From: Marsupella aquatica
Lineage: Eukaryota > Plantae > Marchantiophyta
Reading direction: 5' to 3'
Length of the DNA stretch: 64,000 nt
Assembly (NCBI GenBank): GCA_973895155.1
Contig: OZ316893.1
Span: forward strand, 21,250,955 to 21,314,954
Below, one piece after another: positions 36,001 through 50,100 of the stretch; position 1 is the first letter of the stretch; the number at the start of each line of letters is the position of its first letter. The position numbers and the translations under genes are program-made. Under the pieces are notes generated by a model, which saw only the letters and a program-made list of their open reading frames with translations, was not told where the DNA came from and ran no database searches.

Positions 36001-39000
36001 ACAGTTTGAAGAAGGGATTACAACTCAAACTATCGAGCACACATGTAGTAATGGACATGCTAAGTCACGAGAATTCATCATACCAGGCTTCATCAAGAAG
36101 GGCGATGATACCCAGAGGCTTCTGTAAAATTAGTCAGACCAGCATTTTAGAAGATAAGATAAATACGAGCAACGTTCCCACAAAATTGTTAAAGGGCATG
36201 CAATTTCATAACCAACTACATCCTCATAGCTCAAGAGATAAGTAGCAAACAAGTTAAGATCGCAAGGACCTTCTCTATGAGATCCAGAACATCTTGGTTG
36301 TCGACAAACTCAATGTAGCTCCAGTCAATAGCTTCTTTGGTGTACTCGTCCTGTTCCATCTTGAACACATGCTACAGAAAGCAACCACACGGTGTCACTG
36401 TTTAGCAAAGTTTGCGCACATAAGAGTAGACAATCAATAAAAATGTCCCACACAGACAAGGCTCATGCATCCAACAACCGACCAAGCATTGCCGTCGCCA
36501 GCATATCATCCTAACTGTTCTTACACATTTGTCTCCAATCAAGTCAGCACACCTGATTGAAATGCTGTTGCAGCTTCTCATTGGCAAGATTGATGCAAAA
36601 TTGCTCGAAGCTGCTCGGTTCATGAAAGGGTCAACAACAAGGATTGATAAGACTCCTATTCACTCAATTTGCAACATAGAACTGCAGACAAATGCCTTGC
36701 GCCAGCACCAGTCAACTACCTCGGTTGACTCATAACTCCAGAATGGATCAAAGCTCCAAATAGCACAGAAAGTAAAAAATAAAAGTTAGGACCATGACAA
36801 GATAGCTTATGAAAGATAATCGAACATCCTCCTACCTGTTAACATTGAAGCTCTCAAAACCATAAATATCAAGAACTCCCACAAGAGAAGTTGAGTCGGG
36901 ATCTTGTCCAATGGACTTGTTCACTTTGTCAACAAGCCTGTTCAGTGCACAACAATCCTGTCATGTAAATCAAGTGACAGTGAAGCTGGCCAAGGCAACC
37001 ATCATCATGCGCAAGTCAATTGACATTTTAAACTTCAAACAGACCACAAACCTTCAGATGAACTGCAAAAATTAGAAGTAGTAATGAACTAATGCAGCAG
37101 GTCAGGGTGAGGCACCCTGGTCTTACCAATCAAACAAACGGGAATAGAGTGTCTTTGCAAGTGTATCTCGGTTTGTCGCAGCAGCCACTGAATCAAGGGT
37201 TTTGGTGATGTTCTCATCCCGTGTAACAATGATTCGCTCACAAAGAGAATCGAGAAGATTCTTCACGTTGCACCTACATTTTTATAAACGGAGAAAACTG
37301 TGAGACAGACCAGGATACTTAATACAAGTATTCAAGACAGTTTCTGTAAACCAATGTTTGACTAAAAAACACGACTTGACAAAAGGAATGGACTCCTCCA
37401 ACAGCCTATTGAGATGGATCCACATTGAGCCAAAACACCCATGACCAATATCCTGGAGACAACTGAAACATACTTCAAGAGCTCAGCTACTGCTTCAAGG
37501 TGCAATTTAGACTGATCATCCTTCAGAGCTGAGGAATCGTGCTCTTTTCCAGGAATAAAATCGACATTCCCAAGATGCAATATGGCAGCCACCACCCGAA
37601 AAATTGCTTCCTGAAACGATAACACCAACTCGATGAGATGGTCCAAAACCTTAGTAACGCAAAATCGCAAGTACTCCAAAAATTCCAATTACGTCAGAAC
37701 CAGGGGGTAATGCAGCCTCGTGCAGTGGGTATGATTTCAATTTCGGATCTTCACTCAATGTGTTTAGATGGACAGTCCAGTTGTCATTGTTGTTAAAAGG
37801 TCCAGTGATCTGACTTAAAGCCTTCCGTCAAAAGTATAACAAATGCCCGACTACATACAAAGTTAACTCTCTTTGAAAATAGGACGATACCTGTTCTTCA
37901 GGGCTTATCCCGACGACATCCATTGCTCTTCTAGTCTTCACATACTCCCGTGCATTATTGACATTATTCAACTCAAACACAGGACTTTGATTCAGATAGT
38001 GAAAACTTCGAGGATCACCAAGCTTGTACTTTTCACAGTCCTGCAATATTTCAACAAAGAGGAAAGAAGGAATAAGCAAGACGAAGATACTTTAAAATTT
38101 CCTTGACTTTCTGGTAAATCCATGTTTCAGCACAGCTTCAACTTGTCATCTTTCAAATGTCCTACTCACTTACCTCTGGCGAAGCACACAACTGATAGAA
38201 GCAATGATAGTTCCGCTCAGGATCTGCAATTTGTACAACTCGAGACCTTTCCAGAAGATACGTCCGGATCGCTGCTCCGGATATCCTCCCACTTTGATCA
38301 AACTGTATCTCGACAAACTTTCCGAAGCGACTGCAGAACAAGGCCCTGTGATGTCATTATCTGTTTGGACAAAATTCTAAAATCCAAAAAGATTTCAAAT
38401 CCAGAGTGGTCCGGCTTAGGAAATACTGGGTTCAACAAATATATACACAGCATTCTGTCAATCCCTTAAAGAAGTTCAATCAGAAAGAACACCAACCGGT
38501 TCTACTACCACCACCTTACCTAGAATTGTCGTTACGAGATGTTTTCGCATTTCCAAATGCCTCAAGAAGAGGATTCGACTGCCCAAACACAATGCATCCA
38601 GCCCAAAATTGTGAGTCTTCAATAGAACCTTGTTGTTACAGTAGCTTTACCGAGCCGTGAGTTTCGTGTTGCCGACAGTTTTAAGATCAGAGGGAACATC
38701 CTTTATAGCTAGCAGATATACGACTTTCAAACTGCTTTGAAACAAGTTTCAATCAACCCACCTCTAAAACTTGTTGTTCCACAGTCCTGCCGTCTGTGTT
38801 GGCTCGTCCACCCATATAAGCCAGATACTGCATAATCAATTTTGTTGTTTCTGTCTTTCCTGCTCCACTTTCTCCACTCACCAGAATCGATTGACTTTTC
38901 TTCTCATTCATCATAGCCCTACATACACGGAAGCAGAGTGTTCCAGTTTGAATTTGTTATCTTACTGTCAAGAAAGGGCAAAGATGCGAATTCCAACAAA

Positions 39001-42000
39001 TCAACCTCGACAACCTAGTATTTTAAAACACGTAGTTCTAAAGATTGTGAAATTCAGTTATGTAGTCGGAGACTACAAACTCTTAGGTCCAAGTCTTCTA
39101 GTACTTTTGCCCAACCCTCTTGTCAACGCTCGTCCTTCTCAAGTGATGCGGTCCCCGCATAAACACTCCATATCTACGCAGGGCCATCATTAGGAAAATA
39201 CCTGTATGAACTGTCAGCAACTGCAAACACGTGCGGGCTCAACTCTCCCAAGGGAGCTCCACGGTATTGCTCCATCATGTGGTTATCATATAGGTGCGGT
39301 AGCTTTGCAAAAGGATTGATGGCAATCAAAATATTACCAGTGTATGTCTGAAAACCACAAGGGCACCCAAAATTAACCAGAGTTCTCAAAATTACTTAGA
39401 AAACAATACACGTTAGGGAAACTAACCTCATAACAAGGCTGACAGATGCACGCGCGCAACATACAAAGACAATGTGCTTGTACATGGAAAGAACTGGAAG
39501 CTACACCGCTTGTGGTCGCCGTAACATAGGCTTTATCACACAATCTGATCCCGCAATGATCTTGACCAAAATGCAGGCCCCATTTGTAAGGACTATCAAC
39601 GGCAACACCATGCCTTTGCTTGACTGATCATTCCTTGGTAGCAAAAAAAGTAGACAAAAATGCTATGCATATACGAAGAGAAAGTCGACAGCGTAGAACC
39701 CCGAATATTTGGTATTAAAGACAAGTTTAAATTAGCTTACATAGATTTCATCGAGTTCATATCTAGTTGCGAGGTTGTTCAAAACCCCAGGTTCATGTAA
39801 ATAGGCTAATTTGGTCATGTCATCCACTCCTCCTTGTTGTGCGTCAGTGTCTTTGGGATAAACATTAGAAACCAACGACGTAACCTGCAAACGTAAAATT
39901 ATACCCAATTAATAAGATGCCAGATTTAGAACATCCCATGATTCAATTGCCAAGATAGCATGTACAGAGCCCGATACCACTCAAATTTCCATTCCAACTA
40001 CATGTTCCTATGTTCAAATTTTCCTGCTCATAAAGTACGAAGGTCTGCGTCAAAGAAAGCTCCCTGAAAGGGAAAAATCCCACCGTTTTGCCACCCTGGA
40101 TCTGAGCCTTCACTTGCTTTCCATTAAATTCCACAACCTCGGCCTCTACCCAAGCTGAGGTGGAATCTTCCACCCATACTTGAGACCCGACGGTAATATT
40201 AACAGACGCCTGCATCAACAGGATATCACGAGGATAAGTATTTTAGTGGTCCATCAAATAACCACCTTATGAGGACTTGAACCCCTCGACAGTGTGTACC
40301 AAAAGACAAATTAGAAGAAATCCCGTGAAAATGATATCATGTTAGCTCACATCAACTGAAAATTTGCAAAATACATATTGTTGTGCGGCCAGCTGAACTC
40401 AATTCCTATGTAGCCCTTGACAGAGATGTCAGTGCGGTACTCCAGCATCCAACGCAGATTCGCAGCTATAAGAGGCATGGCAATATCTTGAAAGGAGATT
40501 GACTGTCCATTCCTTTTCCATCTGAGGACCAACAGGAAGGAGTGTCCCCCAAATTCTCTTCGAAACGGACGTCATTGCTAAAAACCCGTCGAACTCTATT
40601 GCGAGCAAAGAGTAGGTTAAATAACCCACTCCTTGACTCAACTCCGTCCCAAGGTTTCATAGACTCTTGAGCTTCGGGACAGAAAGAGTTTTCAGGAATC
40701 CATTCACCTTATTGATGCGGGTGATAGACCATGCTGCTCGACGAGTAACGTTTCTCGTATACCTTAACGTGCAGTTCGCTGAACGACACGATTTGCTAGC
40801 TTTCCAGCAACCTCTGACAACAGACACCCTGCCAAATCACTCGACTTCCTTTAAAGTGTCCCAAGTAAGGACTCTATCGTATAATAGCTATAGGCAGCCC
40901 AATAACTGGGAACCCCCGTTCATTCCACGGCTCGGTCGCCTTATCCAACCAGGGATGATTTCTCTTACTGAATGTCGCTTGTTCCAAGGGATCCCCTCGG
41001 TACCTTTTGGGAGGGGGTGAAGTACTTGAAGAGCAGAAATTATTAAAAAAATCATGCCAAACCCCAATTTCCAACCTTGATCCACTAGTCATGTGCATCG
41101 GCCTAAATCGAGCATCAACTTGAAACAGGATGCTAACAGATTGAGGCAGCAATATAGCGCTAAAACCTGAATCAATCGTCGTCCAGTGTTCCAGGGGGAA
41201 ATGATTAGGTTGTGGACCAAAGCCGGGAACTCCGGGTTTGTCAGCACTGGACCTTGTACGAGGAATTTTCATCGGCAGCCTATTTTCATCCCCCTAAACT
41301 GTAAACTGGCCGAATCGGTCCCACGTCCAGGACTAATGGCGAATGAATATAAATCACCCGGACCAGCAAACAAGATACATAGCGATTATAAGAATGACAT
41401 AAAACTCAACTCCTAAACCAAAATCAGCAATTGGCGACGAGATATTTTAACCAGGTTTGGTGAACGAGACGGTCCACAAGTATGGTGCTTAGTCTCAAGT
41501 GAGGCAGATTCTTGACGACTGGATGCCTAAGTTATAAAACGGGTTACGAGAGTGACAACACTGTACATGGTCTGCACGGCTGCGATCCATGGCTGTCCAT
41601 CGGGGTCCATCAGTCAGAGTGACAATTTCCTATCCTCAATTTCTTATCGTGCACATAACTGCACGGACCATGCCCTGTACCCCAACACTAACATTGTGAA
41701 CAGAATCTATCCGTTGCAGACAATATCATAAATCCCATGCTGACGAACAAGGGACTTACCAAAGCCAAGCGAAAAGCCAGAGGAACTGCAGGGATCAGAC
41801 CTACCGGCTGCTTTAAGTCCAAGCACCTAAAGCAAGAACTAGCCCACCCTGGAAAGCGCGTTTGGTGAAAACTAGCGTTTGAAGTGCAAGGGCCAGCCGT
41901 AGTAAACAAATTCAGGCTTGAGGAACTATTACAGCAGACATGAGAGGCAGCTCCCCATAATTCGTTGGTGCGAAACAAACGAACAATGAAGGGCGGCATT

Positions 42001-42283
42001 CGGGTAAGAATCCGCCAACCTTGAGCCCCAAAGTTGATTTTACAGCTTTGAGCATTAAAGATGCGAGGAGCCCGATTAGCCAACTGGAACTAACATACAG
42101 CCATCTACTCAAAAACAGAGCGGAAGAGTGCAAGGTATGGTTAAGCGTTGTGAGAGAGGTGGCTCCTGGAAGCATCGTTGCGGACGCATTCATACGATCA
42201 TCGACCATCAGTAGAGAAGAAAACATCGAGATTGACGAAACCCATGAAGACAGATACAAGCGGAGGATGAAAGTACAGACCAT
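27009..42283 (-). CDS. Class XI myosin: SH3-like N-terminus, motor, IQ motifs, coiled coil, DIL/globular tail
   Basis: Motifs: [45 protein letters not shown]-loop, [34 protein letters not shown] repeats, [14 protein letters not shown] and [12 protein letters not shown]. Early exons are 40084-40209, 39741-39884, 39202-39347, 38762-38918 and 38520-38578. The start is inferred as an ATG-only coding exon (gcaATG|gtctgt, 42281-42283) and is uncertain. The stop at 27009 assumes no splicing at GA|GTAAGT. Confidence 0.95.
31771..33052 (-). CDS. Putative alternative terminal exon of myosin XI, encoding a 426-aa Ser/Pro/basic low-complexity tail (or a nested single-exon gene from ATG 33027)
   Basis: A stop-free frame of 1282 nt lies inside the 31084-33267 intron. 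Its acceptor ttCTAACcCTAACccttctgtttgacAG|G has branch-point-like CTAAC elements. Phase matches the upstream donor AAT AG|gttgga at 33268. An AATAAA lies at 31373-31378 on the - strand. Confidence 0.72.
32060..32275 (-). repeat. In-frame 48-nt (16-aa) tandem repeat, about 4.5 copies, consensus SPRLPSPS(A/T)KRTPxxP
   Basis: The + strand unit tgctgatggggatggaagtct(g/a)ggcgatggtgatg(a/g)tggagtacgctt recurs at 32101 and 32149, with more diverged copies on each side. Confidence 0.9.
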
Positions 42284-42967
42284 TGCTAAGCTACTGTAGG
42301 CAGCTGCTTGGCGAGATTTAAATCAGGTGTGCCTCAACATCAGATTATATAATCTGCAACTCGTGAAATCGCTACAGCAGCTCGTGGCTGCCCCTTGGCA
42401 CCGAATGCGTCTACCCGAACTGTCTTTGCAAGTCACTGCTGAACGAGTGAAAAACGACTTCCCGTGTGCCGCCTGTCCAAGTGCGTTTGAAATCCTCGAA
42501 CCAAGCAACAGCTCCAAGAACCTGATGCACCACCGCCGATCCCTCTATATCTGCGTCGGTGGATTTCGAGCTCACCAATCCAATCCGCCTGTCCCTAACG
42601 CTATCTCTCCAACCTCTCCGGCCGACTGTCACCAATGCAATCCTACGCTGCAAGTTGTCCATCTTCTTTGCAGCTCCATCACCTTGTCTTGCTCTGATAC
42701 AAATCACAAACTCATTCACCTGCCCTTGCACTACCTAAAAACCAATTCTCGCCAAGCCACGCTCCCCTCCACAACAATATCACACAATAGCCGCCCTCCC
42801 TCTCGTCAATGGATTCGTTTCTCTCTGCACTTCACGCCATTCTCTTCTCCCTCCTACTCTCTCGCACGCCTGCTGTCTTCCCCTTTCGTGTGTCTCTCCT
42901 CTTCGCTCTGCTCGCTTCCACAGACAGACCTCCGGGCAGGAGCGGCGGAGGACAACGACGACGATGG

Positions 42968-43012
42968 AGAGAGGGCGAGCGAGAGAGAGAGAGAAAGAGA
43001 GTGAGGGGGGAG
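42968..43012. repeat. GA-rich microsatellite (CT-rich on the myosin sense strand) in the presumed myosin XI 5' leader
   Basis: gagagggcgagcgagagagagagagaaagagagtgaggggggagag lies upstream of the inferred start. Confidence 0.6.
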
Positions 43013-44559
43013 AGTAGTCGAGACCAGCCCTCGAGGTGCGGATTCGAAATGGAGATAGTTGCTCGCACTCTACCGCTGCCCTACGGTACAAGAAGCTTTT
43101 CATCCGCAACAAAGCCTCTCTTCCCCCACTCTGTTCCCTTTTGTCCCTCTCGCTCTCTCCTGTCTCTCGTGCATCAACTCCAACGCCGATTGCCAACAGA
43201 CCAACAGTCCTCGCGCGTCGGCAGACACAACCTCACTCCGCCGTAGACCAATTTGTCTCCTTCTCGCTCTGCTGTAACATATACACTCTACACAGTCCGT
43301 CTCTCGTTCCTCAGCACCGTATCACCAGACGCACATACTGTAGAAGTGGCGGGCCCTCTCCATTCTCCTCGTATTGTAGCAGTACAACATAATAATATAG
43401 TACACCATCCCGCGCCTCCATCCCTCCCGCCCGCAGACGGCCCCTCGCCTTACACTGCGTGCTCCTGACGGTGTGTATGACACTCCGCTGTCCCGCCTCG
43501 CCCCTGGACAGTAAGTTACAGTCTGCTCTTGCTAAGTGCACACTAATGAGGCGCCAGCCCTGGCTAATTGCAAGGCGTGCGTTCTTTCCTATTGTCTGAG
43601 ATCGGTTTGCACTTATTTTGCAATTGTTGTGAGTACAAAGAGGGCTCCAATGACCGACCCCTATGTAAGTGCAAAACCCTCTACATGGGTATGTTTACAC
43701 CACGGGTAAGAGCACAAAACCTTGTGTGAACACTTTTGGATACCAACTTGGATACCAGTTTTACGTAGAGTTAAGAGTAGTGTTGCAGCTATGAGATATA
43801 TCTGACAGGGGTTTACAAGAGGGGTGTAAAGTGGATGGTTTTAGGGACGGCACAAGAATCTCCCTTGAACACTAAATGACAACTTCTCTTGTCTGACAAG
43901 AGACAAAGGGAAGAGCACTCTAGCAGCAAGAAGCTTGACCGTGTTCCTTCTCTATAGGTGCAAAGCCTAGAAATTGAGTACTTATCATATTATAATGTAA
44001 GCCACATGGAAGTGCAAAACCCTTCACAGGAGCATACACTTAGGACAATCATGTGGTCATTCTTCTGTACTCCACCGTCAACGGGATGACAAAAGGGGTG
44101 GCAGGCAAACTTGACCGAATGACCGACTTGTTTGGGGGAGGGAAACGACATTATTAGTATATTATTATTTATATATCTGGAAAGTATATCTACTCCGCTT
44201 GCCGCATCTCGTTTGAATCGCACCACTCAGTAAAATATGCATGGGACTCCTTGCCGGTCGTTACCGGCTCTCCTCCCAGGGCCTGAGTTAGAGACTTAGA
44301 GTGCCCCGCACCCCGGGATTTTTATTAATTTTGTCAGCCTTTTCCAATTAGCCGTCCGGGCTTCGTCGGCGATGACGGGCATTTTGGTGTCCAGGTTTAT
44401 TTTCCTTTCCACCTCTCCAGTACTTAGTAGTGTATATACTACGCCCTTTTTCCCTCCTCAGGCGTTCATAAACAGCCGCCCCGCCCTGGCCCACGCCGCC
44501 ATTTCGGACTTTCGTCCGCTTTCCCATCAGCTCGTGCGCTTTTGGTCCCTAACTCGCTC

Positions 44560-45015
44560 GCTCTCGGAAAGAAGGGCCAAGTACACAGAATCTCGGGGAA
44601 GAAAGAAAGACAAGCTGAAATTACACGAGGAAAGAGGAAAGAGGAAAGAGCTAGCTGGAAAGAAGGGCCAAGTAAGGAGAATCTTGGGAAAGAAAAAGAA
44701 TGGAACTGAATTTACTAATGTCAAGGAAGAGAATCTCAGGAAAGAAAATGAGAGGAGCTGAACTGGCAAAAGAGAGGCAGAGCTAATTCTTGGAAAGAAG
44801 AACCAAAGATTGAGAATCTCAGGAAAAAGGAAGAGAGGAGCTTGACTTGCAAGACAGAATGAGCTAGCTTTTGGGGAGGAGGACCCAGTAAAGAGAATCT
44901 TTGAGAGAAAAATACAGGAGGTGAAGTTACAAGACAAAAAGAGCGACCCTAGCTCTTGGGAAGAAGGGCCAACTAAGGGAAAGAAAAATAGAGGAGCTGA
45001 AGTTGCAAGAGGGGA
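44560..45015. repeat. Purine-rich degenerate ~75-80-bp tandem array
   Basis: The unit gagctagctcttggaaagaagggccaagtaaggagaatcttgggaaagaaaa.gagaggagctgaa recurs about 5-6 times. Confidence 0.75.
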
Positions 45016-47178
45016 AGAGTAGCAACTCGAGTATTCTATGTACTGTTGGGAACATCTTGGACTCCCTCTAAAGTCTAAAGACTCTTGGAAGCCAATCCCG
45101 AGGTAAGCTCCAGGTGGTTTCCATCTATATATAGCCATGCTAGTCCCGAAAACCTTCTGGGAATTGTTGGAGTTTTCTTTTTGGCTTGAAGTTTCAACAA
45201 ACTCTTTGATCCAAAACTAAACCATGGTTAGTCTAGACCATGCAAAACCTCCCTTCCTCTTTCCTTCTCGACATACCTCAAGTTGTTCTATTGTTGTACC
45301 CTGAATTTTTTATTTAAGCTATAGAAAACCACAGTAATTTTTTTCTTCAAGTTTGTGGTAGAATTCCACACTGGAGATGTCAGACACATGCCTTTGCTTT
45401 ATACCTTGGCTAGCAAGCAGCCAAACCTTTTTAACTCAAACAGGTCCATGACATTGTCGATGCCTTTCTCATGTGCCTTCCACCAAATCATGTGGTAACT
45501 CTTACAACTAGGTTTGTGAACAGTTATTCCCATCTGGAGAGTGAAACTTCAAATAGAAGTTTTCTATTGTGGCTGATTTTATAGAAGAACCGAAACTCTG
45601 TGGACAACAGTAGTTCAACCCGAAATTAAATACTGTCTAGTGTTGTAAATTATTATTAATTCTGTCTAACTTAACTTGAATACGGAAAGACAGGAAGAAA
45701 CGGATATGAATGCACAACAGACACACCACCATTAGTGAAAATCCTAAAACAATCACATAATTTGCACTTGTCTCTGATATCACAAAAATTCTATGATAAG
45801 CCAAAAACAAAATATCTACTCCTGGTATAAACTATACTTTTATTGCAGTTGGAATGAGTTCAAAAAATTCTAATTGAGCTCAACTGTCTTCAGAAATCAA
45901 ATCTAATGACAGAACATGCCACATTTGCTGAGAATATTCACATAATTTTGGCCATTTACAAGGTGGCTTTGTTAAATTTACCACAATTAAATTCAATTAA
46001 TCATACGTACGATTGATTTGAAGAAAACTCTTTCAAGTCCCAACGTGGAGGATCCTCTGTTCTCTTCTATCGAGCATAAATGTGAAAAGGAGTGACAACT
46101 ACGGTAGGAGGGCGGAGAGTTCGTAGTCTTGTCCTTTCTGCAGAAGGAAGTGGGTTAGGGAAGTTGCTGGCGGCCAAAATAAGGCCAAAATAAGGCTATT
46201 GTACCATAGACCAAAGCAGGCCGGCCCAGGCCAGCCGCGACCCCCATAGGGCCCTCTCTCCCGATGTATGGCCCCGGTGGCCCACCGGTCTGGAATCGGT
46301 GGAGAATCAGATCTGCCGGTAGCTGATTTTGCAGGGCCGGTTCCTACTCCGTTCACAAAACTCCCCTACTGTTTGCTCAGCCACATCTTTGCTTTGGATT
46401 TATGTTCACTTATTACTTAGCTTTTGTTCCTTTAAGGCAGCCAAGTCAAAAACTTTTTCAATCAAGGTACCAGACGTCAGCAACGCTTGCTTATTATTTC
46501 TAGGTTTTGGGGGATAGTATTTGCGCTCTTCTTTTAGTAACGGATGACTAGTTGTCTCCTCTGAAGGTCTTTTGCTTTTACTCCATTGTATTTGTTTGAT
46601 CCTTTCAGTAAATTGGTGAATACCTTTCATGGTATTTATGTGGCCCCTCCAAACCAACACACATACACAAATCACAACTGAAAATTTGTGCTACCTAACC
46701 TTTGCAAACCTCTTGAACTGCTCCCTGAAAATTATCCTGATCCCTTTACATTAAATTCAGTTAATTTATATCAAAAAAATTGTGAAATTTCCTTGATTTG
46801 TAAACAAAACAGAAAATCAAGCTCAATGTGTACCGGGATGTTTACTTGACATTACATGGGTTAACCTGAAGGCAACTGAATCTTTAAAAATTCTGATGTG
46901 GAAATTGGATTCAATTATGCTGCAAACCTACAGTGAGGTACATGCCCATGCAATGCAAGGAGAAAATGAATACTAATGGCCACAACCAAAGAGCAACATA
47001 ACAACTCCTTAAAACACATATTTTGCCTTGTTAAATTCTTGTATCTCAGTCGTTGTAAGATGCACTGATGTGTTAGTATGTGCAGCATGCCTTGCCTTAG
47101 TCTACTTTATATCTTTTCTTATCTACTGGCCCAATGTCTATGCATTACACAGTATGGTCAATAGTTTTTTCTTTGAAA

Positions 47179-50100
47179 TGTTGAGCATAGACGACATTCG
47201 TAACGGCAAGCCCATGAACCATCCAACGTACAATAGTCGACACAAAGAGATACGTGGTTCACCTCCACATGAGGCTACGTCCACGGGAACACACAAGAGC
47301 TTTATTGCACTCTAGGCCGACCAGCCATACCAAGCATCCACAACACAAGCTCTCTCTATCTCTCAATTAGCTCCGTAACAATGAACCTAAGTTCCACCAG
47401 GGTCTGGCATCAGCCCTGGCTTAATACACAACAGCACTACCGCTAACATTAGCTAAGTCCTAACCCAAGTTAGACTAACTGTAGTTAGCTCATGAGTCAC
47501 AAGACTAGAGCAATATCTAACAAACTCCCCCTTGACTCTTGTCTTGGGGACTAGACTAAATGCTACCATATGGAATCCTCAGCGGGAAGTTCTAGACAAT
47601 CACCAAACCAGGTCTCCCCCTAAAAACCACAAGGGTTAACTAAGGGTTAACTAGAACTAAGCCGTAGCCAAACAGGAATGAGTAAGTCATATACAAATAG
47701 TCACACATTGCTAAATAACTCTACTTGCACTACAACTGCAAAACCTGCAAAGTAGCACGGTGTCTTGAGAAACTCTCCAAAAGAATCACTTTGGTAAAGG
47801 CATCAGCGGGATTGAGTTTTCCATCAATCTTGACTAGCTCAAAAGTTTTATCAGACACTGCTTGCCTGGTAAAATGGTACCTGATATAATGTGCTTCACC
47901 CTGCTATCCATCACCTGGTTAGCAGCCAAGTGAAGAGCACTCTGACTATCACAGTTTAGAGTCATTTTGCCATGCTCTAAACCCATCTTCGCCATCAACT
48001 TGTCCAACCAAATTGCTTCCTTTGCTGCTTTTGCTGTTGCAATATACTCTGCTTCTGTAGTAGACTGAGATATACACTTCTGCAAGGTGGATTTCCAACT
48101 GATACATCCTCCTCCAAGAGTAAATACAAACCCAGTTGTAGACCTCCTTGTATCCACACAGCCTCTATAGTTAGAATCTACATAGTCAACCAACGTTCTA
48201 TCTGATTTGACATCAAATAGTAATCCATAGTCCTGTGTACCCTTCACATACCTGAGAATCCATTTCACAGCTTCCCAGTGTACCTTCCCTGGATTTGACA
48301 TGAAAATGCTAACCTTGCCCATTGCTAGGGCCAAGTCAGGCCTAGTACAAGTCATCAAATACATCAGACTGCCTACTGCCTTCTCATAAGGAATCTTAGC
48401 CATCAGACCTTTCTCCACAACATCCGTAAGAGAGAAAGCCGATGATAACTTGAAATGTGAAGCTAAAGGAATACTCACTGGCTTACAGTTCTTCATGTTC
48501 AATCGTGCAAGTACTTTCTTCGCATACTGGCCTTGACTCAAGCACAACTGTCCAGTCTTAGAGTTCATAAAAATCTCCATCCCTAAGATCCTCTTGGCCT
48601 TACCAAGACCCTTCATCCTGAATTCAGCATTCAATTTTGCCTTGAGACTGTCAACCTCAGATTGATCTTTAGCCACAATCAGCATGTCATCCACATAAAT
48701 AACCAGAATGATGAAACCAAACACATCATTCTTGACTGATTTTATGTACACACAAGGATCATACACCATCCTTGTAAAACCTTGAGCAAACATGAAATCA
48801 TCAAACCGCTTGTTCCACTGTCTGGGAGATTGCTTCAATCCATACAAGGACTTGAGCAATCTGCAAACTAAGTTCTCTTGGCCCTTCTTCATAAAGCCTA
48901 GTGGCTGTCTCATGAAGATCAACTCTTCCAAGTTGCCATAGAGAAAAGCATTAACAACATCCATCTGATTCATCACCAGACCAAAAAACACAACAAACTG
49001 ACACAAGATCCGAATTGTGGAATATTTAGCCACCGGTGAAAAGACCGTATTGTAATCCACTCCTTTCTCTTGAGTGAATCCCTTGGCAACAAGCCGTGCC
49101 TTGTAGATCTTATCTCCACCCTCTGAAGGATTGTCCTTCAACTTGTAAATCCACTTGCTGTCCACCACTTGCTGACCTCTTGGAAGCTCCACCAGCTCCC
49201 ATGTCTTGTTGTCACTCAAAGATTGCAACTCCCTCTGCATTGCTGCATTCCACTCATGCTTCTGCTCTGAAGCACAAGCCTCACTGTACGAAGAAGGCTC
49301 TCCTTCCAAGATCAAAGCCATGTCATCTTCATCAGGTGCAATGTCAATATCATCTAGCTTAGATGAGTCTGCCCATTGACCATACCTGGTAGGAGCTCTA
49401 GTAGAACGACTGGAAGTTCTTCTAGTAGATGACTCAGGCTGATCTGTTGCTACTGCTGGTTGAATTTGAGGTACCCCAACAACAATATGCTCCTCTTGTT
49501 CCATCACAGGAACTAGCTCCAATCCCAAAGCTTCTCCATCTCTCTTGTCATGAACAGCATCATGACTAATCTCCCCCTCAACCCGGTCCGGGATGGGAGA
49601 TTTCCCCTTGTAAGTATGGGAGTCCTGAGAACTCTCCCCCTCCTTTGATGATCTGGACTCATTAAAGGACACATCTCTATTGACAATTAGTTTACAGGTT
49701 ACTGGATCCCATAACCTATAACCCTTCACACCTTTCTGATAGCCAAGGAAAATGCACTTCTTCGACTTGAACTCCAGCTTGGATCGAAGCTAGGAAGGTG
49801 TAAGCACATAAGCATCACATCCAAAAATCCTCAGATGTGAGTAATTTGCTGGACGCCCGTACCTCATTTCAAATGGCGTCTTGAATCCAATAGAACTGGA
49901 TGGAGAAAAATTTACCAAATAAGCTACAGTGTTGACAGCTTCAGCCCAAAACTCATGTGGTAAGCATGATTGACTCAACATACTCCTCGAGCGGTCCAAT
50001 AGTGTTCGGTTGAGTCTCTCAGAAACACCATTCTGCTGAGGAGTATAACTTGTTGTGAGATGGCGAGTAATCTCATGCTCCTTACAATACGTTCTAAATT

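Noticed and set aside
40262-40295. tRNA-like B-box (GGTTCAAGTCC on the - strand)
   Set aside because: No A-box, anticodon arm or acceptor stem could be built around it.
42327-43541. Several 100-225-aa overlapping ORFs
   Set aside because: This is a GC- and GA-rich leader/promoter region of myosin XI with no recognisable domains. An N-terminal extension from the 42411-42731 frame cannot be excluded, but the ATG-only exon is the simpler model.
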